Assembly: GCF_037042905.1 (NCBI RefSeq)
Contig: NC_087263.1
Coordinates: 10,914,001 to 10,978,000, forward strand
DNA length: 64,000 nucleotides
Direction: 5' to 3'
Origin: Lytechinus pictus
Lineage: Eukaryota
The notes beneath the pieces were generated by a model, which was not told the origin of the DNA, did no database searches, and saw only the letters and a program-made list of their open reading frames with translations. How positions within the stretch are numbered: the stretch's first letter is position 1; each line of letters begins with the position of its first letter. The position numbers and the translations under genes are program-made. Of this stretch, positions 39,101 through 50,586 are shown in pieces.

Positions 39101-42100
39101 GCATAACCCGGTAGGTACATCATTCACGGGCCACCATCTCCCAGCCAGATTCTAATTATTACAATAAACTAAATATTAAAAAAAAATAATATATAAAAAT
39201 GTAACTGGGCGTGGCCGTTCACCTACAATTTAAGGGGCAAAGCCCGGTAGGTACATAATTCACAAGCCACCATCTCCCAGATAGAATCTACTGATTACAG
39301 AAACTAAATATAAAAAATGAAAACATAAAAATGTAACTGGGCGTGACCGTTCACCTACAATCCAAGGAGCAAAGCCCGGAATGTACATAATTCACAAGCC
39401 ACCATCTCCCAGCAAGATTCAAATTATTACATAAACCAGATATAAAAAAAAATTGTATATATAAAATGTAACTGGGCGTGGCCAGTCATCTACAATTTAA
39501 GAGGCAAAGCCCGGTAGGTACACACTTCCCAGGCCACCATCTCCCAGCCAGATTCTAATTATTACATAAAACTAAATAAATAAAAAAATTAAATATGTAA
39601 CTGGGCATGGCCGTTCACCTAAAATCCAAGGAGCAAAGACCAGTAAGTACATAATTCACAGGCCACCATCTCCCAGCCAGATTCTAATTATTACATAAAC
39701 TAAATATTAAAAAAAATGTATATATAAAAATGTAACCTGGCGTGGCCGTTCACCTACAATTTAAGGGCAAAGCCCGGTAGGTACATAATTCACAGGCCAC
39801 CATCTCCCAGATAGAATCTACTGATTACATAAACTAAATATAAAACAAATGAATACATAAAAATATAACTGGGTGTGACCGTTCACCTACAATTTAAGGG
39901 GCAAAGCCCGGTAGGTACATAATTCACAGGCCACCATCTCCCAGACAGAATCTACGTATTACAGAAAGTAAATATTAAGAAATGTATATCTAAAAATGTA
40001 ATTGGGCGTGGCTTTCACCTACAATTTAAGGGACAAAGCCTGGTAGGTACACAATTCACAAGCCACCATCTCCCAGCCAGAACATACTTACACTGTATTA
40101 CAGAAACTAAATATTAAAAAAAGTGTATATATAGAAATATAACTGGGTGTGGATTTTCACCTACATGTACAATTTAAGGGGCAAAGCCGGGTAGGTACAT
40201 AATTTACAGGCCACCATCTCCCAGCGAGAATCTATCGTACTTATTACAGAAACTTAAAAAAAATGTATATATAAAAATGTTACTCGGCGTGGCCGTTCAC
40301 GTACATATTAAAGGGCTAAGCCCGATAGGTACATAATTCACAGGCCACCAGCTCCCAGCGAGAATCTATCGTACTTATTACAGAAACTAAATATTAAAAA
40401 AAATGTTCCTGGGCCTTTCACCTTAACTGGGCATGGCCTTACACCTCCAATTTAAGGGGCAAAGCCCGGTAGGTACATAATTCACAGGCCACCATCTCCC
40501 AGCCAGAATCCACTTATTACAGAACCGAAATATAAAAAAATGTATAAATAAAATGTAACTGGGCGTGGCCGTTCACCTACAATTTAAGGGGCAAAGCCCG
40601 GTAGGTACATAAATCACAGGCCACCATCTCCCAGACAGAATCTACGTATTACAGAAAGTAAATATTAAAAAATGTATATATAAAAATGTAATTGGGCGTG
40701 GCTTTCACCTACAATTTAAGGGACAAAGCCTGGTAGGTACACAATTCACAAGCCACCATCTCCCAGCCAGAACATACTTACACTGTATTACAGAAACTAA
40801 ATATTTAAAAAAGTGTATATATAGAAATATAACTTGGTGTGGATTTTCACCTACAATTTAAGGGGCAAAGCCGGGTAGGTACATAATTTACAGGCCACCA
40901 TCTCCCAGCGAGAATCTATCGTACTTATTACAGAAACTTAAAAAAAATGTATATATAAAAATGTAACTCGGCGTGGCCGTTCACGTACATATTAAGGGGC
41001 TAAGCCCGATAGGTACATAATTCACAGGCCACCAGCTCCCAGCGAGAATCTATCGTACTTATTACAGAAACTAAATATAAAAAAAAATGTTCCTGGGCCT
41101 TTCACCTTAACTGGGCATGGCCTTTCACCTCCAATTTAAGGGGCAAAGCCCGGTAGGTACATAATTCACAGGCCACCATCTCCCAGCCAGAATCTACTTA
41201 TTACAGAACCGAAATATAAAAAAATGTATATATAAAATGTAACTGGGCGTGGCCGTTCACCTACAATTTAAGGGGCAAAGCCCGGTAGGTACATAATTCA
41301 CAGGCCACCATCTCCCAGATAGAATATACTGATTACAGAAACTAAATATAAAACAAATGAATACGTAAAAATATAACTGGGTGTGACCGTTCACCTACAA
41401 TTTAAGGGGCAAAGCCCGGTAGGTACATAATTCACAGGCCACCATCTCCCAGATAAAATCTACTGATTACAGAAACTAAATATAAAACAAATGAATACAT
41501 AAAAATATAACTGGGTGTGACCGTTCACCTACAATTTAAGGGGCAAAGCCCAGTAGGTACATAATTCACAGGCCACCATCTCCCAGACAGAATCTACGTA
41601 TTACAGAAAGTAAATATTAAAAAAATTATATCTAAAAATGTAATTGGGCGTGGCTTTCACCTACAATTTAAGGGGCAAAGCCTGGTAGGTACACAATTCA
41701 CAAGCCACCATCTCCCAGCCAGAACATACTTACACTGTATTACAGAAACTAAATATTAAAAAAAGTGTATATATAGAAATATAACTGGGTGTGGATTTTC
41801 ACCTACAACTTAAGGGGCAAAGCCGGGTAGGTACATAATTTACAGGCCACCATCTCCCAGCGAGAATCTATCGTACTTATTACAGAAACTTAAAAAAATG
41901 TATATATATAAATGTACATGTAACTCGGCGTGGCCGTTCACCTACATATTAAGGGGCTAAGTCCGATAGGTACATAATTCACAGGCCACCAGCTCCCAGC
42001 GAGAATCTATCGTACTTATTACAGAAACTAAATATTTAAAAAAATGTTCCTGGGCCTTTCACCTTAACTGGGCATGGCCTTTCACCTCCAATTTAAAGGG

Positions 42101-42317
42101 CAAAGCCCGGTAGGTACATAATTCACAGGCCACCATCTTCCAGCCAGAATTTAGGTATTACAGAAACTGAATATATAAAAAATGTATATATTAAAATGGA
42201 ACACGGCGTGGCCGTTCACCTACAATTTAAGGGGCAAAGACCGGTAGGTACATAAGTCACAGGTCACCATCTTCCAGCCAAAATCTACGTATTACAGAAA
42301 CTAAATATTAAAAAAGA

Positions 42318-42880
42318 ATGTGACCTGAAAATCGCACTGGATGTTTAGGGATACATAATTGCTCATATGTCTAAGATTGATCAACTAGATCCATAAAATT
42401 TTAAAGTTATCATGACGATTCCACAACTACCCCCAACATGGTCAAAGTTCGTTGACCCTAAGTGACCTTTGACCTTAATCATGTGACCTGAAACTTAAGC
42501 AGGATCTTTAATGATACATTATTACCCTTATCTTAAAGTTTCATGAACAAGGTATATACACTTTCGAAGTTATGACGACATTTCAAAAACTTAACCTTGG
42601 TTAAGATTTTGATATTGATTCCCCCAACATGATCTAAGTTCATTGACCCTAAATGACGTTTGACCTTAATCATGTGACCTGAAACTCAAGCAGGATGTTC
42701 AGTGATACTTGATTACTCTTATGTCCAAGTTTCATGAACTAGGTTCATATACTTTCTAAGTTATGATGACATTTCAAAAACTTAACCTTGGTTAAGATTT
42801 CAATGTTGACGACGCCGCCGCCGTCGCCATCGAAAAAGCGGCGCCTATAGTCTCGCTCTGCTATGCAGGCGAGACAAAAA
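42318..42880 (-). mobile_element. 3'-truncated HINE-like element fused to the satellite
   Basis: Reverse-complement 5' end gcggcgcctatagtctcgctctgctatgcaggcgagacaaaaa; its internal repeats run into the satellite through a shared atgt. Confidence 0.8.
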
Positions 42881-43339
42881 TTGTCAAGTTTGCAACAACA
42901 AAAAATAAATTCAGTTGTTAATTTGTACTCTGCCGAGAATTGTTGGTCAGGCAAAGCTTATGTTATGTGGTATAGGCATATAGGTAATATCCACGTGAAG
43001 TAATACTTTTGTTAATGCACAGGACTTGACAGAATAGAAGGTAAAACTGGAATCAGTTCTCGCCTAAATCCACATTGATCCCACTAAATATCACAACTGC
43101 ATAACGGGCGCTCAATACCCATTCCATCCCGTGCGACCGTAGATAGCAAGCCTCCTCATTTACATATCGAATCAATTCTTCTGTTTATAGGGTGAAATCT
43201 GTGAGGGTCTATATCATGTCCTCGTTTCTCCGTGTCCACCACCATTTTCCCTATTTCGCGAGAGACTTTGGCCGACCCGAATGGTACAGTATATTTTGGC
43301 CGGCGAAATGTGAATATTAGCGAGTTTTTGCATCCACTA

Positions 43340-43620
43340 TGCACATGCTTTCTGGAACGTAGAGAATCTATTAAAAATTCCCATTAAATCACAATGAACA
43401 GATTAGTGGTCATTGTCGAAAGTTGTGAACAGGAGCAGCAAATCGTCCTAAGATTCGGACTGACGAAAAATTGCACATTTATGTCGTTTATCCAAAGTCC
43501 AAGACGCCACCGATGTTTGATTCACAGAGTTTCGACAAAGCCTGCTTTGTGACAAAAGGCTTTTCCCAAATGGTTCACAACGTTCCATAAAACGTCTGTG
43601 TAGCAGTTGCGGAAACTTCC
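43340..43620 (-). mobile_element. Fold-back family copy
   Basis: Reverse complement aligns to 58555-58820 (e.g. tttcgacaaagcctgctttgtga vs tcacaaagcagcctttgtcgaaa). Confidence 0.65.
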
Positions 43621-43744
43621 TATTGTTGCCAAAGAGCCGGTCGCCAGCCAAAGTAGCTGTGGCGACCGCACAAGCAGACGCGACGTAACCCAGATATCCG
43701 AACTGGCCAAAATCTTTGTATTATTTCCCCACCAGTCGAGTCGG

Positions 43745-43815
43745 ATCAAGCAGAATTCGAACCCACGATCCTGTGATTAACGATTAAGAGTCAGAACCAC
43801 TGCATCAATAAGCTT
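43745..43815 (-). mobile_element. Degenerate tRNA-derived SINE head
   Basis: Minus strand reads tgatgcagtgg...cgtgggttcgaattctgc (A- and B-box-like). Confidence 0.5.
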
Positions 43816-45166
43816 CTAGTGCAATTTATGCATGACAATAGGCATGGCCATGATAGGGCAATAATAGCATATACTGTAACAGATTCCTGGCCAGAGCATT
43901 TGTTAAGATATAAGTTTGAATAATGTGTAAAAATAAACAGTTTAATTTTATAGGCATTTAAGTTAAAATTGGATCATGAAAATGGCATACAGTATTATAC
44001 TTCTATTCAAAGAAGAAACACAGAAGGTAATTTTTTTTCGGAGACCCTTTAATTTTCTTTTAAGTTAGAAATTAATGTCAATATTCATCCTACATTTTAA
44101 ATTTTATATGGCAGTTAAGATAAGGTAAACGATACATACTTTCGTTTCAACATTTCAAATATTTTCGAAATAAAATATTTGAAGTTTTCTCAAACATGAA
44201 GCAAAATTCTCCTTTAAAATCCCTTTAATCACCAAATGAGGATCAGACTTGTAATGCTTTTTCAAAAGGCATTGGCCTTGCCTTTACATTGAATGATATA
44301 GTCCTCGTGACAGCGTATCTATAAAATAATACCTTTTAATAGAATACAGGACAATGAAGGATAAAAAAGAACGGTTGAAGGTCACACACCGCCCTTTCAC
44401 ATGGTAAAAAAAAGTCGTCATTTGAATGATGATTGCAGTGAAAAATAAGGCTATTGACGAATTTTAAGCACGTGTGAAACCAAACTATATAGAATCACGA
44501 ACGCTAATCACAATAATGAATTCAAACTCTACTCCGGAGGTGAATTCCAGTGAAGGTTCACTCAAATTACGGTACGAATTTTCCGTGTGAAAGGTCCGAT
44601 GATTCTAAAGAAGAATTGCAAGCATCATTACAATGATGATTAAAGATTCACGTGTGAAAAGGCCCACAGTTTGAAAAAAAAAACCGATATAACAATATAG
44701 TAACCTCTATAGATTGCTCAGCGTATGATGTTTGCTGAAGTCAGGTAAAGGGTATCTAAATATAGCTTAGGCCTACTTTATACTGAAATAAAACATGCAG
44801 AAGTAATTGGTAGCGCTTCTGTGATGCTTGTACATAATATTTTTATCATTATTAGGAAAGGAATATTGTGCTAAAGGGTTATAAGGCTACTTAAACAATC
44901 CCTGTAGGAAATAACACATTGTCATACAGTGTGATCATATTGTGTTCATAGAGTTGACTAAGCGAGAATTATATTCACTATTAAATTGCTCAAATTCAAC
45001 AGTGTGAAGATATTTCCAAACGGTTGACACCTCGACAGTGTGACTGTTAACTGCGTGTTCACATGGTCGACTGTGTGAATGTGTGATTCACACTGTTGAA
45101 ATGCTCAGATTTAACAGTGTGTAGGTGATTTCATGCTGTGTTCCACACTGTGAACACACTGTGGCA

Positions 45167-45449
45167 CAATGCCCTGGGAACGATTTTTGACTGGGGGTGC
45201 TGGTGTAAATTCGAAAAGAAAGAACAAATGTTTTCACTACAAAATGGAGATCCGATTGGTCCTCAGAAATTGGAAAAAGAAAAAGATTTAAAAGGGGGGG
45301 ATTCACTACAAAAGTGAAAGTCATTTTGGTTACGGCTACATTTCTCCATTTTTACACATCTTCCAGAATAACTGGCGGTGATGCCTATATAGAGAATAAT
45401 ACACGCAGCACACCCAAGGAAATTTTGGGGGGTGCCTCCCAGGGCCATG
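45167..45449. mobile_element. hAT-like MITE
   Basis: caatgccctggga ... tcccagggccatg with a degenerate 8-bp TSD (ctgtggca/ctgaggga); shares internal sequence with 56146-56538. Confidence 0.65.
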
Positions 45450-47311
45450 CTGAGGGACACAGTGTCCTCATAGTATGGATGGAAGCACCCCTGTGTGTGT
45501 GTGGGGGGGGGGGGGGGAAGGGCATGAGAGGCGCAAACGGGGTATTAAAATGAAAACCATATGTGACTATGCATTCTCCGTAATGAGTCGAACCCTTACG
45601 GTCCCTTAATCAATTTTCAATGACACCACCCCGAATCTGCTCCATGAATGAAATTTAGCGCTTATTTACTAAGAATTGTAATTGCACGTATTTTGTACAT
45701 GATCTGTCATAGACACACATTGGTGATAGTGATATGATTATTGAATCTATTCACGCTACATTACCCGGGGTGTTCCACTTAGATTTAAATATGACTGAGC
45801 GGGTGTTGCAAGAAAATATTTGCAATCAATTGCAAATTGAACTAGAGCAAGTTAATTTACAGTTATTGATAAAAGAATCGGTGATGCATCTAAACACAGC
45901 ACGCAACCAGACATCAAAGTGCGACCCTCATGTGATGTTGCAAGACAATGGAGTTGCCGTTAACTATTTGTGAAAAACACCCTCCAGTGCTGAGTGGTGT
46001 AACAAGAACAGATAAGTGTAATTTACAATTGATTAGATTTTTTGTACACTCGTTCAGTCGTTGTAGTTGTTGATTCGGAACGTCTGGAAATCAAGCATTA
46101 TTGTTTTGTGTTTGCATGCAGGGCAAACTCATCTGTATCATAATGTTACTTATCACACCAGTTTAAAGAAGGTACAATTTGCCTATATAACCATGCGTTC
46201 TTCTAAAGTGACGTTTTACTTTATAGCAACGATATTATTTTCATCCATCCGAAATGTCACTTCGCTTGCAAGGACTAGATAGATTTTAGAAACAAATCTA
46301 TTTTTGCACCCCTTTTGCAAGTTCCATAGTATATACCATTTTCTCAAATCATGACAAGCTCAATTTCCGTTGGTAGGTTAGTGTCCCGTTAACACACATT
46401 AATTTGCCATGCAACTTGAGTCTCATTCTAATATGATAATTACATGATAATAACTAACAAAATAATGATAATGATAAATTCTCTGAAAAACATCGGTTTT
46501 TAACGATATGCAACAATAAATCATTATAGTATTATTTAGGTAAATAAAACTGATCGAGAATTCGAGGCTAACTAAGAAAAGAAACCACCTAAACATTGAA
46601 AGATTCAACTGATCTGTGAGTAGAAAGAAGCAAGACAACGTATTGTTTTGCACAGTCACGAATATTAGTAACGGAACGTCTGGTTACCACTTTTTTACAA
46701 TTTCCTAATCTTGCCATTGCAATTCTAATAGGTCGGATCACTCAAATCAGGGCCACGATAAAATACGCTTGCTAATAAAGAAGCGAAATCGATGAATGTG
46801 GAACTGATTCATTTCGATTCGCATTGCATACATAATACAGCATTTCAGACTGGGAATTGTGTAATGTCTTGACATTTATTGTGCATAAATATGGATACTC
46901 TTTGATGACAAAGATTTCAATAGCCACTTGCTGCCGGAAGGCGGTTATGAAAATGCATTGCTGTAGATTTCTATGGTATTGATCAACCGGCATGCTTTTA
47001 AGTTAGAAGTTAAAAAACCACTTCATCTGTCATTATGGTTTCCGTACCTGGTTTTGTTTTTAGTCATTTTTGTTCCATTTTATTAGTTATTTGTTCGGTA
47101 TTTTTTTAATTCTGGGTCGGGCCGAGTGGTCTTCAATTTCTGCATATTTTGATGCAAAATTACAATTATGTATTCTTTTTATCTTGTAACAAATGAATAA
47201 ATCAAATCTTAAAGCTATATAATCATGATCATATGTACAGATTGTCGCTACTTGTCAAAATAATCTGAATAAAAAAGTGTCTCTAGTATTTAAGTAAATA
47301 TGACAGTTATA

Positions 47312-49107
47312 CAGTGCGTCCCAAAAAAAACTATACACTTTTGAAATGGCTGCCAAATAAAAAATATAGCATTTGGGGGAAAAAGACTTACATATATGGA
47401 AAGCCAATGAAGTCAACTTTCAAATGACACCAAAAAGTTGGAAAACTGTTCATGCTTGAGCGAGCACTGCCCACTGAAACAAAGGGTATGAAAATTAGGG
47501 TGGGCTGGAATTAGCCTTCCAATTTATGTCAGTTTTTAAGAGGCAAATCCCTTCGAACTTGCAAAGTTAAGGGCGTTGTGATAAATTAATGATCAACCGT
47601 GACCAGTTTTGGTTGCTTATGCAAATTTTATAAATTATTAAATTGAACTTTAATGCATGAGTGAACACAAATTACACTTTTGGGGCAGCATTTCAACTTT
47701 ATCATTTGGATCTCTTTTTGGGCAGCATTTAAACTTTATCATGTGGATCTCAGCAGTGTGTTCATGGGAGTCAGGAGAATAGGGGGTGAGATAGGACTTA
47801 GGAGGGAGAAGTAGGTTGATGGAATAAGGATCAACAGAATATTCAGCCCCCTCCCTATTTCCCGCCCTCCCCTCCTGTTGAGAAACTGATGGCTATTGTC
47901 ATGTACGCGTGAAGTCCAGAGCGGAATGTTGATTTAATGATTAATTCTGAATTGGGGCATCAACTTTTTCCTATCAATCATTTCATCAACAATTTATCAG
48001 TAAATCAACTCATTCAATGTGCAATGTGATCAATCAAACATTCAGTTTTTTGTTCAATAAATTATTTCATTAATCATCATAATCATTAAATTTCTTGGTA
48101 ATAATTCAATAAAAAAGTGACCATCAGCCACCGGTCACTTGGCAGCTAAGTTTTGAATAGGCTACACATCCAGGAAGTGAGACAGAGAGGGGGGCTGGGA
48201 AAGGGAGGTGCAGAGGGGAGGGTACATAATTATGACTTCTAATTTGTAAAAGGACAAAAAGAAGAGGAATGCCCTTTTAACCAAGTCTTAGCATATATCG
48301 CCCTCTTGCTTGTAACAGGTACCATCACATTACTCTGACTCTCACGAACACACTTCTGAGGTCCACAAGATGAATATGCTACACTAAAATTTCAATTCCT
48401 GTTCACTCATGCATTAAATTTCAATTTAGTAACTCATGAAATTTGCCTAAGAAACCAAAACTTATCTCACTCATTAATTTAGCTTAGCAAGTTCCAAAGG
48501 ACTAACCACTAAAAAAAATTGTAAGGCTAATTCCTGCCCAGCCTAGCCGAGCTTAGTGTCTGAGGAGGAGAGAAGCAGGGGGGGGGGATTCAGATGGAGG
48601 GAGGGGTTGCTAAATGTTCTGTTGACCTTTATCCCATCAACGTACTTCACCTACCTAAGTCATATTACCCCCTCTTCTCCTGACTTTCATAAACACATTG
48701 TTGAGATCCACATGATAAAGACAAAATGCTGCACTAAAATTGCAATTCACGATCACTCATGCATTAAAGTTCAATGTAATAAATTCAATTCAATAACGCA
48801 TTAAATTTTCACAAACAACAAACTGATCACAACTGATCTTTAATTCACCAAATAACCCTCAACTTTGCAAGTACCAAACAAAAAACCTGAAAGAAATTGG
48901 AAGGCTAATTCCGGCCCACCCTAATTTTCATACCCTTTGTTTCAGTGGGCAGTGCTCGCTCAAGCATGAATAGTTTTCCAACTTTTTGGTGTCACTTGAA
49001 AGCTGACTTTATTGGCTTTCCATATCTATAAGTTATTTCCCCCAAAGTGCTATATTTTTTATTTGGCAGCCATTTCAAAAGTGTATAGTTTTTTTTGGGA
49101 CGCACTG
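47312..49107. mobile_element. 1.8 kb non-autonomous Tc1/mariner-like fold-back element
   Basis: ta|cagtgcgtcccaaaaaaaactatacacttttgaaatggctgcc ... ggcagccatttcaaaagtgtatagttttttttgggacgcactg|ta; ~210 bp highly similar TIRs, with weaker symmetry extending to ~500 bp. Confidence 0.92.
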
Positions 49108-49489
49108 TATTTTTGTTTTATTCAAGTCGCTCCTTGAAATTTTCTCGTTTTATCATAGGCTGACACACGTTGTCCAGAGTCAAAACATGATGATGAGGAT
49201 GATCATTATGATGATGATGATGATGATAATGATGGTGATGAGGGTGCCGATGATGGTGATGATAGTGAAGATGATCAGGGGTTGATCCAGGATTTTTCCA
49301 AAAGGGGGGCGGGCACCTTTTCCCGAGGAAAAATTGACAAGCAATACATTTAAAAAAAAAGGTTTTCACCAAAATTTGAAGGTCATTTCGTTCACATAAA
49401 TTTGACAGGCAAACAAAGAAAGATTTTCACAAAAAATTTAAGGTCATTTCGTCCACTTAAAATTTGACAAGCAAAAAAAATGAATAACG

Positions 49490-50205
49490 ATTAGATTTGA
49501 TCATCTGAGCTTACTGTTTGGAACGGAGAACAGTTCACGTCCTATCCGGGACGCTTCTTCAGCTCGTCTAAACTGGCAGGAAATCATCGTTGCCGCTTAG
49601 TGGCGACGCACAATAGATGTTATTGTCGTTGAGACGTCGAGGAATTGTCCGGATTGTAACTGGGGTGTAAATTCAAGAGAAGTTGAGACGTAAAAATCTT
49701 GGTTGATGCGATTGTTCTTGATCGCGGGTTCGGTTGCTGTAATGTAGTCTACGTACGGTATACCCTCCGCGGCGACCGCGAAATTTAAGCCACAAGCTAG
49801 CACCCATTTCTAGGCTTTGCTCAACTGTTTATTCGAAAGATCTCTCACCCACACTGCGCTCTTGTCCACAGAATTGTCATACGACTTACGATTCCTCCAA
49901 TTTTGGTCCTTGTCCACTTCTGTAGGATGATTTTCTTTCCTAACTAGCCTCGCGAACTTGTTGATTTGACGGTTTTTGAGCGGCCATGTTGGATCAACTG
50001 CGCATTCTCGGTGAACTTTAACACGCGTTCATCGATATCATGTGGTAGGCTTTTCACTAGCCGTTTCCTTAAATTGTCAAGTTTTCCGTGCAGAACGTCA
50101 ATAGTAAAATTTGCTTGTCTGATACGTTCGTTCAATAAAGCTCTCTCTGCATGCTTTATGAATGATATTACATGCACGAAATCATTTGACGGCAAGTTTG
50201 ATCCA
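49490..50205 (-). mobile_element. Internally deleted Penelope-like retroelement
   Basis: Broken minus-strand ORF HAERALLNERIRQ...WVRDLSNKQLSKA*KWVLACGLNFAVAAEGIPYVDYITATE resembles the pre-RT region of Penelope-like elements (NLS...L.KGLNF motif); it joins a terminal region with a hammerhead motif; RT and GIY-YIG are absent. Confidence 0.75.
49521..49568 (-). ncRNA. Degenerate minimal type I hammerhead ribozyme
   Basis: Minus strand GACGAG-CUGAAGA-A-GCGUCC-CGGAUA-GGACGU-GAAC-UGUU-CUCCGUUC: CUGAnGA box, 6-bp stem II, and GAAC in place of GAAA. Confidence 0.65.
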
Positions 50206-50451
50206 TAAATGTGTGGTGTAATGTTTGATGATTATCATTTTAATGCCTTGTAGATACATAATGATGTGATCGGGGAAGGTATTGTGGGGGTTGGCTTGAA
50301 GTGACCAACTCACATGTATGACCATTGTATCTTGCCGATTCTAAATATCTTCATTTTATTTTTACCATTGATTTTCTGACCTGCATGGAGTTGGTGAGGT
50401 TTGGGAAGAAAGACATGTGGGTTATGGCTATTAAGTTAGCCCTTTCCATAC

Positions 50452-50586
50452 CAGGGGTCGCGGAACGGTTTTCAAAGTGGGGGGGCTGACCATGCAAAAA
50501 ATCACAATCGTATGGTAATTTTTACGTTTTTGTTCATGGTTTTGGAAAAAAGTGGGGGGCTGAAGCCCCCCATTCCGCGGCCCCTG
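50452..50586. mobile_element. Short MITE with CAGGGG TIRs and a 5-bp TSD
   Basis: catac|caggggtcgcggaa ... ttccgcggcccctg|catac. Confidence 0.7.

Larger units (their letters stand above)
27439..42321. repeat. Satellite array, ~133 bp monomer, about 110 copies, with higher-order structure
   Basis: Consensus aaaatgtaactgggcgtggccgttcacctacaatttaaggggcaaagcccggtaggtacataattcacaggccaccatctcccag plus a variable AT-rich part; successive aactggg at 28141, 28274 and 28408. Confidence 0.97.

Noticed and set aside
27439..42321. CRISPR-like array (conserved structured repeat plus variable spacer)
   Set aside because: The variable parts are point variants of one sequence that recur in higher-order patterns, not unique spacers. 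The context is eukaryotic and there are no cas-like ORFs.
25345..49107. One giant Tc1-like element from cagtgcgtccc at 25345 to gggacgcactg at 49107 enclosing the satellite
   Set aside because: The right TIR pairs over ~210 bp with 47312 and has TA flanks. The 25345 end lacks a TA and diverges after about 12 bp.
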